Positions 46,526-60,500 of a stretch of 64,000 bases of DNA are shown here, piece after piece. This DNA comes from Antechinus flavipes (taxonomy: Eukaryota), in NCBI RefSeq assembly GCF_016432865.1, contig NC_067400.1, positions 1,054,001 to 1,118,000 on the forward strand, read 5' to 3'. A program made the position numbers and the translations under genes. Numbering within the stretch: position 1 is the first letter of the stretch; every line of letters begins with the position of its first letter. The notes beneath the pieces were generated by a model. That model saw nothing but the letters and a program-made list of their open reading frames with translations, was not told the DNA's origin and did no database searches.

Positions 46526-49500
46526 TTAGGCTTTGCTGCTGCTCTGTGTTGCGTTTGCCCAGCTCGGAAAATTCTCCAGGTCAAACAAGAACCGGCCCCA
46601 AGTGTTGACGGTCAGAAAGACACAGATCAAGGCGATTATGTTCATCACGAAGCCCGCTTTCACCTGGAACAAAGGGAGCCCAGTCAGCACCTGGGGAAGG
46701 GCCTCCAGACCCCCACCACCCCTGCCCGGGCAAGCTCTGCCCGTCCCAGTGGAGCAGGGACCAACCACAATTACAGGAAACCTGAGCCCAGCACAGCCAC
46801 GATTCAGCCCCATGCAAGCTGCTCCCTCTCCCTTCCCCTCTGCGGCCTTCTGATCATTTGTCTTCCCGGCCATGTGGCCCCGTGTGGGTCCAACCACAAA
46901 CCCAGATCGTGGCCACCGTTGCCAAGCTTTCTCCTCCAGCATTCCGGCAGCTTTGATCGCTGAAACCTCCCAAGATAGCTCGGGGTTTCCTGGCTACATT
47001 CCTTTCTTAAGGGCCATGCCTTAAACCTAACTCACTCAGGCTCTCTTGGATTGGCCAACAATGGGCCCAAGCTCCGCTTGGCTTGGAGTGTAAATGCCAA
47101 TGGCTTCTGCTTTGCTCAGAAACGGAGGGTCTCCCCCTGCCAGACTGCAGGCTCTGGGGCTTTGGCGGCTGGGTAAAAAGAGGCCGTTCTCTGCCTCGGT
47201 TCCTATCTGGCTTTATCCCCTGAATGGGAGCTGCCACAGTCAAACAGCCCTGGGAGAGACCCTAACTCCAAAAGCCCGAGGGCTCCCATCGCATCGCCAG
47301 TCATCCGGACCGTACCCTGCCCCTGGAGCCAGAGGGCTCTGGAGGAGAGATCAAGGCTGGGGACTCCCACCTCACTGGAACCCAATTGCCCTGCAAGCCT
47401 TAGAGCAAGACAATTTTCTGGCCCCAAGGACTCCCCGGCACCCCCAGCCACTGTCCTCCCGGAGAATGAGAGCTTTTTGACCATGGGGTGGTTTCTTATA
47501 CATGTACGGCTGGCACATAGTAAGTGCTTTTTAATGCTTCTTCCTTCCTTCACTCACAGAGAATCAGAGTTGAAAGAATCTCAGAGGCAAAACCTCAACA
47601 AGACCACCAACGCCCACTGGAGCTGGCATCTGCTCCCAGCTCCATGTCACTCAGTGTGGTTGTCTCTTCCAGTCCCAGGATGCCATGGCCGTCTGTCCGC
47701 TTGTCAATCGTGAGCTAAACGAAGGTAGTCTTCACCCAGCCACTTATCCTTGGGTGGCTACTTTGACCTAAGTATTAACTCTAATTTGGGAAGCTCTGGG
47801 ATATTCTGGGGCTTGATGCAAACAGAAATATTTGCAGGATCTTCAGTGAGAAGTCAACAGGAGCAGTGACTTCCTGCAGTCTGTTGGGTATAATTCTGGA
47901 CCTTGCTTCTTCTCCAGGAAGGATCCTTCTTTTCTTTGGACACTCTCCGCGACTGCCCCTTTGTCAAGGATACGTTTCTCTGTTGTATGACTTACTTGCC
48001 ATCAAGAGGGGCTGTGAAACCACTGAGATCATGTCTTTCAAGGCGTCCTAGGTGGTGACACGTGGTCACGTCTGAGGAGGGAGCCTCAAAGGCTGTGCTT
48101 TACTCTGCCAAATCAAATACTTCTTACAGTCAATCAACAAATGCCACATTGGGCCCTCCATCTCTGGTGGCTTTCAGTCAATTCTGTGACTGTCAAGGCT
48201 GTCATTTGTCAACAAGTGTCCCCCCTCTTCTCAGTCCTTTAGCAAGTGTGACCTTGATTCCTATGTAGTTTCTCTGGATCAGCCTTTCCTAGAGATGGAG
48301 AGAGTTCAGCAGCCATTATCCCTTGGCCATCTGGACTTTGGTGGGTTTTCCAAGCACTAGTCTCCATCCCTTCTCTCAGCTCTCTTGACCAGCAATCTTT
48401 TGGTAACCCCCGTGGTGGTGCTGGCTTGGTCTAGTACAGCCGTTTCCCATTACTTTTGTATTTGCTCATGTGACGTTGAGAGTCCAAGAGGGACTGCGTT
48501 CCTGCTTTGGGTGGTAAAGAGTCTGTGGGAAAAGGTCTTTCAAGATTTCACATTTTTCTCACCCAAGTTTTCCCTCAGTGAATGTCCCGAGGATCACCTC
48601 ACCCGTCCTTCTACAGCTTCCTCTCATTTTCCCAAGGCTATGATACATGCTTCTCTGCTTTTATTCTCAGCTGGCGTCGTACTCAACCACCCCCTCTTTT
48701 CACTTACGAGGAGGAGGCAGAATTAGGCTCTTTGGTTCATTTGTGAGAGTTGGTTTGCATTGGTTAAATTTCCTCCTTTTAGTTCACTCATTTCGATCAT
48801 GTCAACTCTTTTTTGGAGTTGACCCTTTTGGAGTTTTCTTGGAAAAGATGCAGGAATGGCAGGCCATTTCCTCCCCCAGCTCATTTTACAGATGAGGAAA
48901 CTGAGGCAAACAGGGTGTGGTGACCTGCCCAGGGTCTCATGGCTAATCACTGTGTGAGGATGTATGCATATGTTGTGTTTAATCTATACTTTAACATATT
49001 TAACATGTATCAGTCAACCTGCCATCTAGGGGAGGGGGTGGGGAGAAGGAGGGAAAAAGTTGGAAAAAAAGGTTTTGCGATTGTCAGTGCTGAAAATTTA
49101 CCCATGCATATAACTTGTAAATAAAAAGCTATAATAAAAAATATAACCGTGTGAGGAGCTCCGGAAGATGACTATCGCTTGTACCACCTGGCTGCCCCTA
49201 AATTTCCCTGGGGAAACTGATAATCTGTGTCTTTATTCTTTTTTCTGTTACTTATTTTTTACCATCAATAGTTAAGCATGTCAGATTGGAATTGCTTCCA
49301 TTTCACACCATTATTTTCTTTTTGTTTTTGCTCTTTTTGTTGATTTTTTTTTATCTCTATTTTAACATGTTGATGGTCTGACTGTACATAGACAGCTGGT
49401 TTAGAAATCATCCCAAGATGAGTGATCAATGATTCTCAGTTAAAATAGAATCCATCTTTTGGTGATGCTATTTGCTTGGCCACATTTAACTGATTTCCAT

Positions 49501-51467
49501 TCTTGTAGCAAGTCGTCATGATACTTAAGAGATAAGTCTTCTTTCTGGTCCACAAGCCTTTGACACCCCTCGTTTCCGCACAGTGTCCTCCACGCTCCTT
49601 CATTCTCGTTTGGCCCTTTGGATTGCGATCACTAATCCTCCATCCCGGCGTCTTGTTTGGGGGGTGTCAGTCACTCCCTGATCCTCCACTCACTCGAGTC
49701 CTGCCACACAGGATGACCAGTGCTCCACTTCTCCACAGGAGGCGATCCTTTCAGGTAGGAGCAACTTCCTTCTCTCCTCAGTTCTCATCTGTAGTGGGGG
49801 AAGCCAGCTCTTCGGGGAGCCCAGAATCCCACGTTCAGACAGGCAGCAGTGCCTCCGAGCTGGCCTGGGCCCGTGTCACCTGGGACATTCGGTGCCTCCA
49901 GGCTCTAAGTTTCAGAGAAATGGAGTTATCTTCTCTGAGATATCTAAGGTCTGGACGCGAACAAAGCAACCAAAACTGTGCCCTCCTCGGACACTAGACG
50001 AGCCGTCGTATTTGGTCCCCCGTCTACGAGAAGGTTCCCCTCTCCTCCCTCACAAGGAGCTGCTTCTAGCTTTTTTTGGCTGGTAGCGAGTCTCTCTACC
50101 CCAGACTAGACTGAGCCTTGGAAAGAGCTCACTGTTGGGTGCCCTCAGCCGGGGGCTGCACCAGGAATGCCTACGGCATGGTCACGGAAGAAAGAAGCTG
50201 GTGGACACGGCTCCACGGGCCCATAGATCGGAGGGGACTGGCGTTCCCCAGGAAAAGTCAGAGAGAGGGGAGGGGTCCAACGGCCAAGGACTAAGCAGGG
50301 AAGCCTGGGTTGATGGGAAAGGGCTGTGGGCTACAGACGGATGCCTGGGGCCACTCCTGGAAGGTGCGCACTGTGGAGGGAAAGGCCAGTGACCTCGGAG
50401 GCAGCCGGACAAAAGCTCCCCCCATGACCATGTGGGCATCCTCAGGGCCTCAGAACCCTGTTCCAGATGCACCTAACCAGGATCCTTTGGGAAAGTGCAG
50501 ACTTATTGCCTCCCTGCTGTTCTTCATGAACTCAAGACCAAGGGCAGTGGTTCTGAGACTGTGCTCAAGGATGCCGGTTGTCTGGAGCTGGAGAAAGCTG
50601 CTCTCCCGGAGCTTGCCGGGGGCCACTCTTCTTGGCCAAACAGCAGCAGTAACACCGGAGTCCCCCGGGGCACCCCCTCACCACGTGGCGACTCCAAAAG
50701 AGCCGAGACGCCTCCCAAGTCCCAGTCCGAGCTTTGGGCTTTCTGGCCCCGGAGCTTAAGGGCACAGGCCACTCCTGCTTCCATCTCCCCTCCAGCTTAT
50801 GGGGGAGCTTCCTGCGCGGCCCCACATGTACCTCCTAAAAAGCTTCCCTTTCATGGCTTCCGGATTCAGAAATCTGTGAGCCCACCTGTAGCTAGAAGCA
50901 GCGGATCAGTATAAGGACGAACTTGGAGTTCATCTAAAGAGGAGCGCGCTGTATAAATGCAAAAAATGACCAGGGTCTTTACTCCTCGCTTCTGTGAGTC
51001 CATTTAGAAACTCTTTCATGTTTGGGAGGGCGAGCTCTGACCACCTGCACATCGCTGCTCTTATTGGTGGAGGGATGAGGCCTTGTGGTACCTCCCTCCA
51101 GAAGGGGCAGAGCTGGTGTGGACGGACAGAGCCTTGCTTCCTGCCTGGAGAGGAACCCAGGGAGCTTGGGAAAGAGGCCCTGCTCTTCCAAACCTCATCG
51201 CCCTCTTGTCTCGCTAGGGATCTTAAGGGATGGAATCCCACCTCCAGCCCAGGGGGAAGTTCTCATTCTGTCNNNNNNNNNNNNNNNNNNNNNNNNNNNN
51301 NNNNNNNNNNNNNNNNNNNNNNNNNNNNNNNNNNNNNNNNNNNNNNNNNNNNNNNNNNNNNNNNNNNNNNNNNNNNNNNNNNNNNNNNNNNNNNNNNNNN
51401 NNNNNNNNNNNNNNNNNNNNNNNNNNNNNNNNNNNNNNNNNNNNNNNNNNNNNNNCTGTCTCTGTTG

Positions 51468-51513
<46 letters not shown>

Positions 51514-54500
51514 CCTCTCCTGTCTCTTATTCCTTCCTTCCCTCTCCCTCCTTTCTTGCTCATCCTCGCTGGGTTGGACGGATGCTGATCACTGTAACTT
51601 CTCTGATCTCTCTCCGCTGCTTCATGATGGCACCGACCATTTAGTGAGAAGGGAATCAAGCCTCTGAGGGGAGCGATCCCCCTTCTCCTTGCAGGCCCAG
51701 GAAGCAGGGAAGCTGCTTGGAGCTAAACAATCCTTTCTCCTAGACCCGCATCTCCAGGGAAGCAGAGACAGCTCCGTCTAACTGGCTTGGTGGCCCCGCA
51801 TCCCAACTCCTCTTCAGACCAGAACCGCCGTCTCCCAGGGGCAGAGGCCCAGAGGTGTGGGCGCCTCCCGCCGCGGAGGTGACCATCCTCAGAATCCCCG
51901 GACCCCCCCGCATCTTAGCCCCATTTGTGCCCTACAAGCTAGAACGGGTGGATTACCATGTCCGAGACCCTCAGGTGGCCATAGGAGAACACGATGGCAT
52001 TTGGAGGCGTAGCCACAGGCAGCATGAAGGCGAAGGAACAGCTCAGGGTGCAGGGGAGCATGATGAACAGGGGATTGAGCTGAATGTTCTGGGCCTGGGA
52101 GAAGAAGGAAAAAGGACATGAGGAACATTCAGGAAACAAAGGCAAACAAGCGCTCGCTCATGCGCCAGCATTCGGCTTGGGTCTGGGGGCTCTTCCCAGC
52201 TAGCGCCTGAGCTGGATCTCATCCGTCCAACACCCCCCCACTCATGGTGCCCGGGACGGGGAAGGGAGGGGGCGGCGCGGCCATCAGACCAGCTGGGACC
52301 GGCCCGGTTTGTGGCCAGTCACGTCAGCAGAGAAATAGCTCCTTTCCCAGCTGGACACAATGATGGGGAAGGGTCTGTGGGTGCGGGAGACACATCCAGG
52401 AACGCCTGGTGGGTTTGCCGTTTGGGACAGAAAAGCTTCCTTCTCACAAAAGGAGGCGGGGGAGAGTCAGTGCGGAGCCTGGGGTCCCTCCCCTTTCCAT
52501 GAGCAGCCCCCCCAGGTGCTCTGGAGGGCTGCTTTCTCATGGGCTGACGGCTGAGGCTGGGGTTTCTGGATGATGTCAGAAGGGGCGGAGGTCCAGGACC
52601 CCAGGGAGGGGCAAGGCCCAGGACTCACCATGGTGGCAAAGATGGGCAGGAAGAGAGTGGCCGTGGCAACGTTGCTCATGTACTCAGTGAAGATGGCGAT
52701 TAAAGCCGAGAGCAACAGGACCAGCGCCGTCGGGGGCAGGACCTTCAGAGGCTCCATCTTGCTCCCCAGCCACTTGGACAGCCCCGAGGTCTGCAGGAGC
52801 GAGAGGGAAGGATGTCCAGATCTCCCCCTCCCTGGAGGCAGCTCCCACCCAGAGTTCAGAGCCTTCGGATCGCCCCTCCAGAGCCCCTTCCCTGGGGGAC
52901 CAGAGCCCCTTCCCTGGGGGTCCAGAGCCCCTTCCCTGGGGGACCAGAGCCCCTTCCCTGGGGGATCAGAGTCTCTTCCTTGGGGGACCAGAGCCCCTTC
53001 CCTGGGGGATCAGAGTCTCTTCCTTGGGGGACCAGAGCCCCTTCCCTGGGGGACCAGAGTCCTTTCCCTGGGGGACCAGATGTCCTTCCCTGGGGGACCA
53101 GAGCCCCTTCCCTGGGGGACCAGAGCCCCTTCCCTGGGGGATCAGAGTCTCTTCCTTGGGGGACCAGAGCCCCTTCCCTGGGGGACCAGAGTCCCTTCCC
53201 TGGGGGACCAGAGCCCCTTCCCTGGGGGATCAGAGTCTCTTCCTTGGGGGACCAGAGCCCCTTCCCTGGGGGACCAGAGCCCCTTCCTTGGGGGACCAGA
53301 TGCTCCTCCTAGCTCTTGTTCAGGCCGGGACAACTGTCCTCCTGGGGGGGGCACTCCAGACAAGTCCTGGTAGAGGAGTTTCTGGACAGGAACTGGGGCG
53401 GGGGGGAGGGTACTCGTACCCAGGCCCCAGGCCCCAGGCTAATGTCTCACTAGAGGGACAGAAAACCCTGGTCTTTGCCCCTTCCTCCAGCTGGTTCTTC
53501 TGGGTCTCTGCTGCTTACAGGGCCCTTTCTCCTGGTGGGGGTGCCCAGAGAGCCCATGTGGGCAGGGGGATGCGTGCCTCCATCTGCTCCTCAGGAAGTG
53601 ACAGGGTGTGACCCAGGAAGGACACAGAGACCCCCCCTTCTCCCCAGCCCATTCACAGAGCCGTGGCTGAGTGCCACTTGGGGGCAGCGGCGGAGGGAAA
53701 GGCTGCCCTCTGAGGTCCCCCCGGGGCCCTCCCACAACAAGGGGCCCCAGTCACCTCGCATCCTTTGGCCAAGGCGAAGCCCCCCCCCAGCAGCAGCACC
53801 ACGCCCCAGGGCAGTTTTTCCTGGACCACCTTCCAGGTCAGCAGGGGGGGTGGGTAGAATGGGACTTTCCACTCTGCAATGAAAGGTGACCAAAGCCATG
53901 GCCCGACAGCCGTGTTAGGGGCACGGCTGCCCCCCAAATGCCCCCCCAGAGGAGGCCGGTTTTTCCTCCCCCCACCCCATCTGTGGGCTGAATTCACCTT
54001 CTTCAGTCTGACTTCGGAAATTGAACTTCAACTTCTGGGATGGAAGGATGAACATCAGGATGCAGATAAGGACTGCCACGGTGCCGTCGGACACGTACCT
54101 AAAAGGCGGACGAGCCCAGGATGGGTGGCTGGCCTCCGAGAAGCCGGGAAGGCTCAGAGCACACATGGAGCTGCTGGAGCAGGAGGGCGTGGGGCCCCAG
54201 GTCTCCCGGGTGAGCTCCCCAGGGCTGCCCTGTTTGCAAAACCCTGTGTTGCCCATTTTCTCCATCCCTCCTCTTCTCTCCCCTCCTCTAGACAGCCAGA
54301 ACCCACTGTAGGTTACACATGAAGGGGGAGGCTTCACGCGGGACTGCCCAGCACCAGAGCTCCACAGCCCCCGCACGGTGGGCTAAGCTGCCCATCCATT
54401 GGTCTGGTGCCCAGTCCTGGGTGCCATGCCCTGCTCCCTTTGCCGAAAACCCTATGTCCTTCCCAGACACATGATCGCAGCTCACTCAGTCAGACCCTGT

Positions 54501-57500
54501 TCTCCACTGCCCTCAGCCTGGACTCCCCGAGCTGGGACTGGAGGCCCCGCACCCCAAGATGCCCCCCTCTTGCTCACACTCCCCCCCCGCCTCTCACCAA
54601 CTCCGCGGCCTCAGCAGCCTCTCCTCCCCCTCCCTCGGACCCCTTGCTTCTGGAGCAACTGTCCCAGCTTCCTCTCATACCCCAGGCTCCCTCCCTGAGC
54701 GGCCCGTCCCCTGCTCTCTCCCTCCCGCTCAGGGGTCACTCGGATCACTCCCGAGCCCCTGCTTTGAAGAGGACGGGACAAGGGCCAGGAGCAAGGGGAC
54801 TCAGGCTCTGCCCCTGCCTGGGCCCTGTGGGAAAGGTGGGCTCCCAGGTGGGGAAAGTGGGGAGGGCTGCCCTGGCGAAGGGAGCCAGCCCCTTACGTTA
54901 CGTTCTCCTGCTCCCAGTAAATGGACTGCCAGCCGGGCATGAAGCCGGGGTCCCGGAACAGCCAGAGCAGGATCAGGAAGAGGAAGGCGATGAACACGTT
55001 GATCTCGCCGTAAGAGGGGGGGCCCAGCTTCTGGTACTCCTCCTTCAGCAGCAGGTAGAAGGCCTTCTCCTGCGGAGTCCGCTCTATCCCGATGCCCAGG
55101 TTTCTTTTCAAACTTTGGGAGCAGAACATGAGTCAGGGCCAGCATGAAGCCGGGGGGCAGGTAGGCAGAGGCTGGCCCCGCGCCCCACCCCACCCATCCC
55201 ACAGCCTTCCCCTCAGCCCCCCTCCCCCTGGACAGACCCTGGGGAGCAGAGACTCCATGTGCCAGAGACGTCATTAGCTGGACTGGGGACCCGGCCCAAG
55301 GCTTGGGGAGGACTCACTCCTCAGGGACAGCACTGCCTTCTCCTGGGGGCTCACAGGAGGATGGCTGCAAAGGACAACCACCCCCGGCCCCCACAGTGAA
55401 AAGGTTCCTGGTCCTAAGGCTAGAGCGAGCCCCCCAATCTCAGATGATCACATGCCTCGGGGGTGGGCTACAGCTCTTGCCCTCACCCATTCGGCCTCAG
55501 GCTTTATTCCAGGTGTTTCTGGGCAATGCTCTCGCTTTTCCCTTCCCATGGGGCAGCCCCCACTTACTTGACACCCAGGAACACACACTGGAGCCAGATC
55601 CAGGAAAGGAAGAGCATCAGAATCATGGTGGGGAAGGCAAAGCCGAGCCAGGAAGCAAAATTGACAATATCATTGTTTTCTGGGAACAACCTGGAGAAGG
55701 AGAAAGAGAAGAAGAGGAGGAGGGAAAGGAGGAGGGCAAGAAACAAGCCGGGGAGGAGGCAGCTCAGTCTGAGGAAGGGGCTGAGAGAGGGGCTGGACAA
55801 CCCTTCCTCAGCTCCCTCCCACAGAAACCTCAAGCTGGTGTGAGTAATTATTTTTTCATTCTGAATTTAATCCCTTCCACCTCAAAAAAAGGATTATTTC
55901 CATATTCTCTAGAAAATCAGGAATCTCTCTTCTAAAAAAAAAAAAAGTGTTCACTAAATTCTACATGTTACTTTCAGAGCTGTTCAGTTTGTCTGTCCTT
56001 CCCTCTGACCCTCTCATCTCTGGATGCCTAGAAAGGTCTCAAAGCATGACCACCGCTAAACTCTTCGCTCTCTCCCCCTCTTCCCTTCCCCTCCTCCATG
56101 AAAATCAGGAAGGTAAAAAGAACTTTTTAACACATTATGTGTGTATATAATATATATGTATGTATGTATGTAGTCAAGCTATACAGTCCATCCGGTGGAA
56201 ATGTCCCCCAAATCCACGTCTCCTCCTGCCCCTGGGGCTCACTGCCCTCCCTCAGGAAGCGGGCAGGTGTCCTGGGTCATTGTGTTGTTGTTCCGGGGTT
56301 CCCAGAAGTGGCTCTATCTCCCCCTCCCTCTCTTCCCCGAGTTGGTATTTGTCCGGCCATCCCCCATTGATGGGCATCCCTCTCTCCTTGGATTCTACCT
56401 CTCATTTTTTTTCTTCTCCTTTGCAAAGGTTTAGATAAGTCTTTCCACTCCTCTGGAGGCAGATGCAATCGCTACCTCCATTTTACAGAGGGAACTGAAG
56501 CAGGACAAGGGTAAGTGACTTGACCAGGATCACAGAGTTAGCAAGAGTGAGTAAAACAGCCACCCCCTTAGACCCAGAAATGCCACTGCCAGGCACACAT
56601 CCAAGGAAGTCTCTGATGAGGAGAAAGTCCCCCAAATATCTATAAGAAATGGCGAACGTGATGGTGACCAAGAAGCATGGAAAGAACTCTGTGAACAGAC
56701 ACAGAGTCAAGCCTAGAAAACAATCCATGCAATTAAAATAAAAAAGAACATGGACACTGTGAACCTCCCACGAATAAGAAGTCATGGCTCTGCCACGGTG
56801 CTGAGACATCACAGGTGCAGGGACACCACTCATTGTTGAGATTGAGAATGTATTCTGTTGATCATGGATAATGATGATTGTGTATTGATAATTTTGTTGA
56901 TAATTTTTTTCTGGCTTTTCTTTTTCTTTTTTAAAAAAATGATTTGTTATGAAGGAGGGGGGACAGACAGGTGACAGAAAAACAAGGGTGTCAACAAAAA
57001 ACAACTTGTCTAAATTCATCTGAAACTTACTTCTTCTCTGACACACCACAGTGAGGTGACCCTGAGCACTTCCCTCAGTCTTTCCTAATGCTCCCTAGTC
57101 TGACTCTTCCTGATCTGAGCTCAGAAAGAGGAGTCTTCCTAATTCCAGGGCCAGCGCTCTATCCACCAATGAGCCATCTAGCTGCCCCTCACAATGCTCT
57201 TGGAAAATTTTTCAAGTTTTTTTGAAGCAGTTTTTGCATCATCATAGGATTTCCTCAATATCTTTCTCCTTCCCCCTTCCAGAAAGTCATTTCATATAAC
57301 AAAAAAGTACTTTTAGCGAAAAAGAGGACAAAATCAGAACATCTAATCAATTTATTGAACCAGCGCATCCTTTAAATCACCAAGATGAGAAGTAACAGTC
57401 CATTTGCCACATCAGGGGGGAGAATTCTTCCCATATTGATGAATTTAAAGGTTTGAATCAGAAAAAAAAATCACCTACTCAATGATCTAAGTCAGAGGTC

Positions 57501-60500
57501 CTCAAACTTTTTAAATAGGAGGCCAGTTCACTGCCCCTCAGACTATTGGAGGGTCGGACTATAGTAAAAACAAAAACTTTGTTTTGTGGGCCTTTAAATA
57601 AAGAAACTTCATAGCCCTGGGAGAGGGGGATAAACATCCTCAGCTGCCGCATCTGGCCCGCAGCCATAGTTTGAGGACCCCTGATAAAGTAGTCTGTCAA
57701 AATCTTGACTCTGCTCAGACTTCCACCCCATTAGCTGTCTCTTCTAGCTTTTGGTCATCTAAAAACTTAAATGGGAATTCTACCTCTGCCATTGCCCCTA
57801 TGGCACTGTGCTAACAACATCTAACTGGCTTCAGGACTTCTCTTTGGATCTATCTGCCCATCCAAAATGCTCAACATCTGTTGGAATCCTTACTAACTGC
57901 TAACTAATTAGAGTTGATCTAATCTTACAAGAAGATGTTTTGGGCAGAACCTGAAACAAGGTACTAAGTAGAACTAATTAATACAAGGCTTGTGTTCACA
58001 TCTTTACTCATTGGAGTTCAATGAGTTCACACCTCCCTTGAAGCTCTTTGGGAGCATAAATAGAGCTTCAATGGGCCAGTCAAGGAAGTTCTTCAGAGGA
58101 AGAAGCTACAAGTCGAGATTTCACCGGAATGACATGAAGAGCGGTGCTGGTTGGAGGCAGAAGAAAGCAGAGGCAGAGGCTGAAGGACCAGATCTTTGGA
58201 TTTGGCGACATTCGGAGGGAGCTCTTGGAACCAAGCAGAGAGATAGGTCTCTAAGCTAACCGGGCTATATTGGAGATAATAAAAGATCTGAACTTTTATC
58301 ACCTGGCTGCGTTTTGAGAAGAAAAAGCTCACCACAAACATCCACCTCATTTCATCTTGCCCCCCAAAAACAATCTAAGATTTGTTCAAATTCTCATAGA
58401 ATCAAGAGTAAGCAGTAATGACAGCCTTCCTCAGCCTGGTGGGGACCAGCTATCAAAAACCAAAACTCAAAGAAATGGCGTCGGCTCAGTATGTGACCTG
58501 TATGGACGAATGGCTTAATGAGAGCCTAGTCTCCTATGGGACATATTCATCAGACATCACTTTGATGTGATATTCAAGTAATATCACAGTGGTTCACTGT
58601 TAGGAGATAGCATTCACTTCCCCTTTGTGATAATCGGGGAGTCAGCTCTCTTCCTGGCCCCTCTTCTGCCTGTCTTACAAAGATCACCAGCAATGGTCCA
58701 GCCAAGTCCATCAGTGAGGTCGTTCAGGAACTTGATTGGAGCATAGATCATGTAGGCATGGCATGTGGATTCATCAAGAACAACCAAATCTGTCTTACTT
58801 CTTTGGGGTTCCTTTGCCTTTGTCATTATTTTTGTCCTGTACTGTCTAGCTCAGCACTTCCTCTCCTCAGTAGTGAAGTCAGAAGTCAAGTAAGGCTTGG
58901 AGTCCTTTGCATCTCCTCTTCATCCATGATCATCTCCCCTGCACGCTAAAGAGGAGGATGACTCGCACCCACCCAACAACTTTAAAATGAAAGACTTCAG
59001 AGCTACAGGTAGAAGAATTTAGGATCAATAGAAAGCATGACAGAATGCAAAATAGATAATTTTGGTTATGTAAAATTAAAGAATTTTGGCATAAACAAAA
59101 TCAATGCAACCAAAATTAAGACAAAAAAATAGGAAAATGGGGGGAACTTTTACAGCAGATAACTCTGATAAAGTTTCCCAAATATATAGAGATTTGAGGC
59201 AAATTTGTAAGACTACAAGTCATTCCCCAGTTGATAAATGGTCAAAAGATGGTTTTCTGATGGTCAAAACAAGTGGTTTTCAGATGAAGAAATTAAAGCT
59301 ACATTCTCTAACCATATGAAAAAATACATTTTTTCAATCATTAATCTCTAATCACTATTAATTAGAGAAATGCAAATTAAAACAACTCTGAACTAGCACC
59401 CTACATCTATCAGATTGGCTAATATGACAGAAGAAGAAAAATGTTGGAAGGGATGTGGGAAAACTGGGACATTAATGCACTATTGATGGAGTTGTGAACT
59501 GATCCAAGCATTCTGGAGAATAATTTGGAACTTTGCTCAAAGGGTTATCAAACTATGCATCCCCTTGGATTCAGCAATATAGCTCTCCCACACCTGCCTC
59601 TCACACTTTCTCCTTTTGCCTGAGGTCCACTCTTGCCTTGGGACTTGTAGAAATTTGATGTCGATTCCAAAGAGCCTTGGGAAAGCACATGACTTACGTG
59701 GCCATCTGTCCTGATAGCACCACATTGGGCCCAGTCCCGGTCAGAGTCGCCGTGCCTCCGATGCTGGCCGCATAGCACACACATAGTGTCAGTGCCTTGC
59801 ACGTATTTTTATCTTTTGCTGTTGTCTCCCTGCTTTTGACATGGGAAACCACATTTTCCCCTGTAAATGAAACAGGAGTCGTTACCTTGGGCACCAGCCT
59901 TGCCAAGTCCTCCCGAGGCTCACAGGCTGCAGGGAAAGCTTCACAGAATGGGATGGTTTCCTTCAGACAGCTACCAGTCTCCAAGGCTTCTGACCACATC
60001 ATCCACCACTTCAAGATACACCTTCCCCACACATCAAATCTGATGGGGGTTCACATATATGAGGGAGCATTCATACTTTAGGGAGGGTGATAAGACCCGG
60101 CAGCAATGACCCCAGCAGCCCAGGGTCTATTAAGAGAGAGCTGCACCTGAAGCCAAGGATGGTATCTGCTAAACCCTAGAGAGGAAGGCTCATGGCCTGA
60201 AGATGGTGGTCCCAGAGACCACTTTGGCTTGGCAACCCCTTCTAGATGCGGGATGGAGCTCTAGTGGAAATTGGTTTCCACCACGGGAGCCCCAGGACCA
60301 ATGGTGAAACCAGGTGCAATGTCTCCTTTAGAACAATGGGCAGCATTGACCCAGTGGGCAGCCTCCATCAGCCAACCAACAAGAACCCTTACTCCTCCTG
60401 GCTCATCCAAGGAAGTGATTGTCCCTAACTACAACTTGCCCCCTGATCAGGCAAGCCAGAGAGGAGGAGAGCCTGAAGGGAAGCCTCTCAGGCAGAGAAG

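Noticed and set aside
52570-53611. 195-267-aa ORFs antisense to SLC13A5
   Set aside because: Driven by the 22-bp minisatellite.
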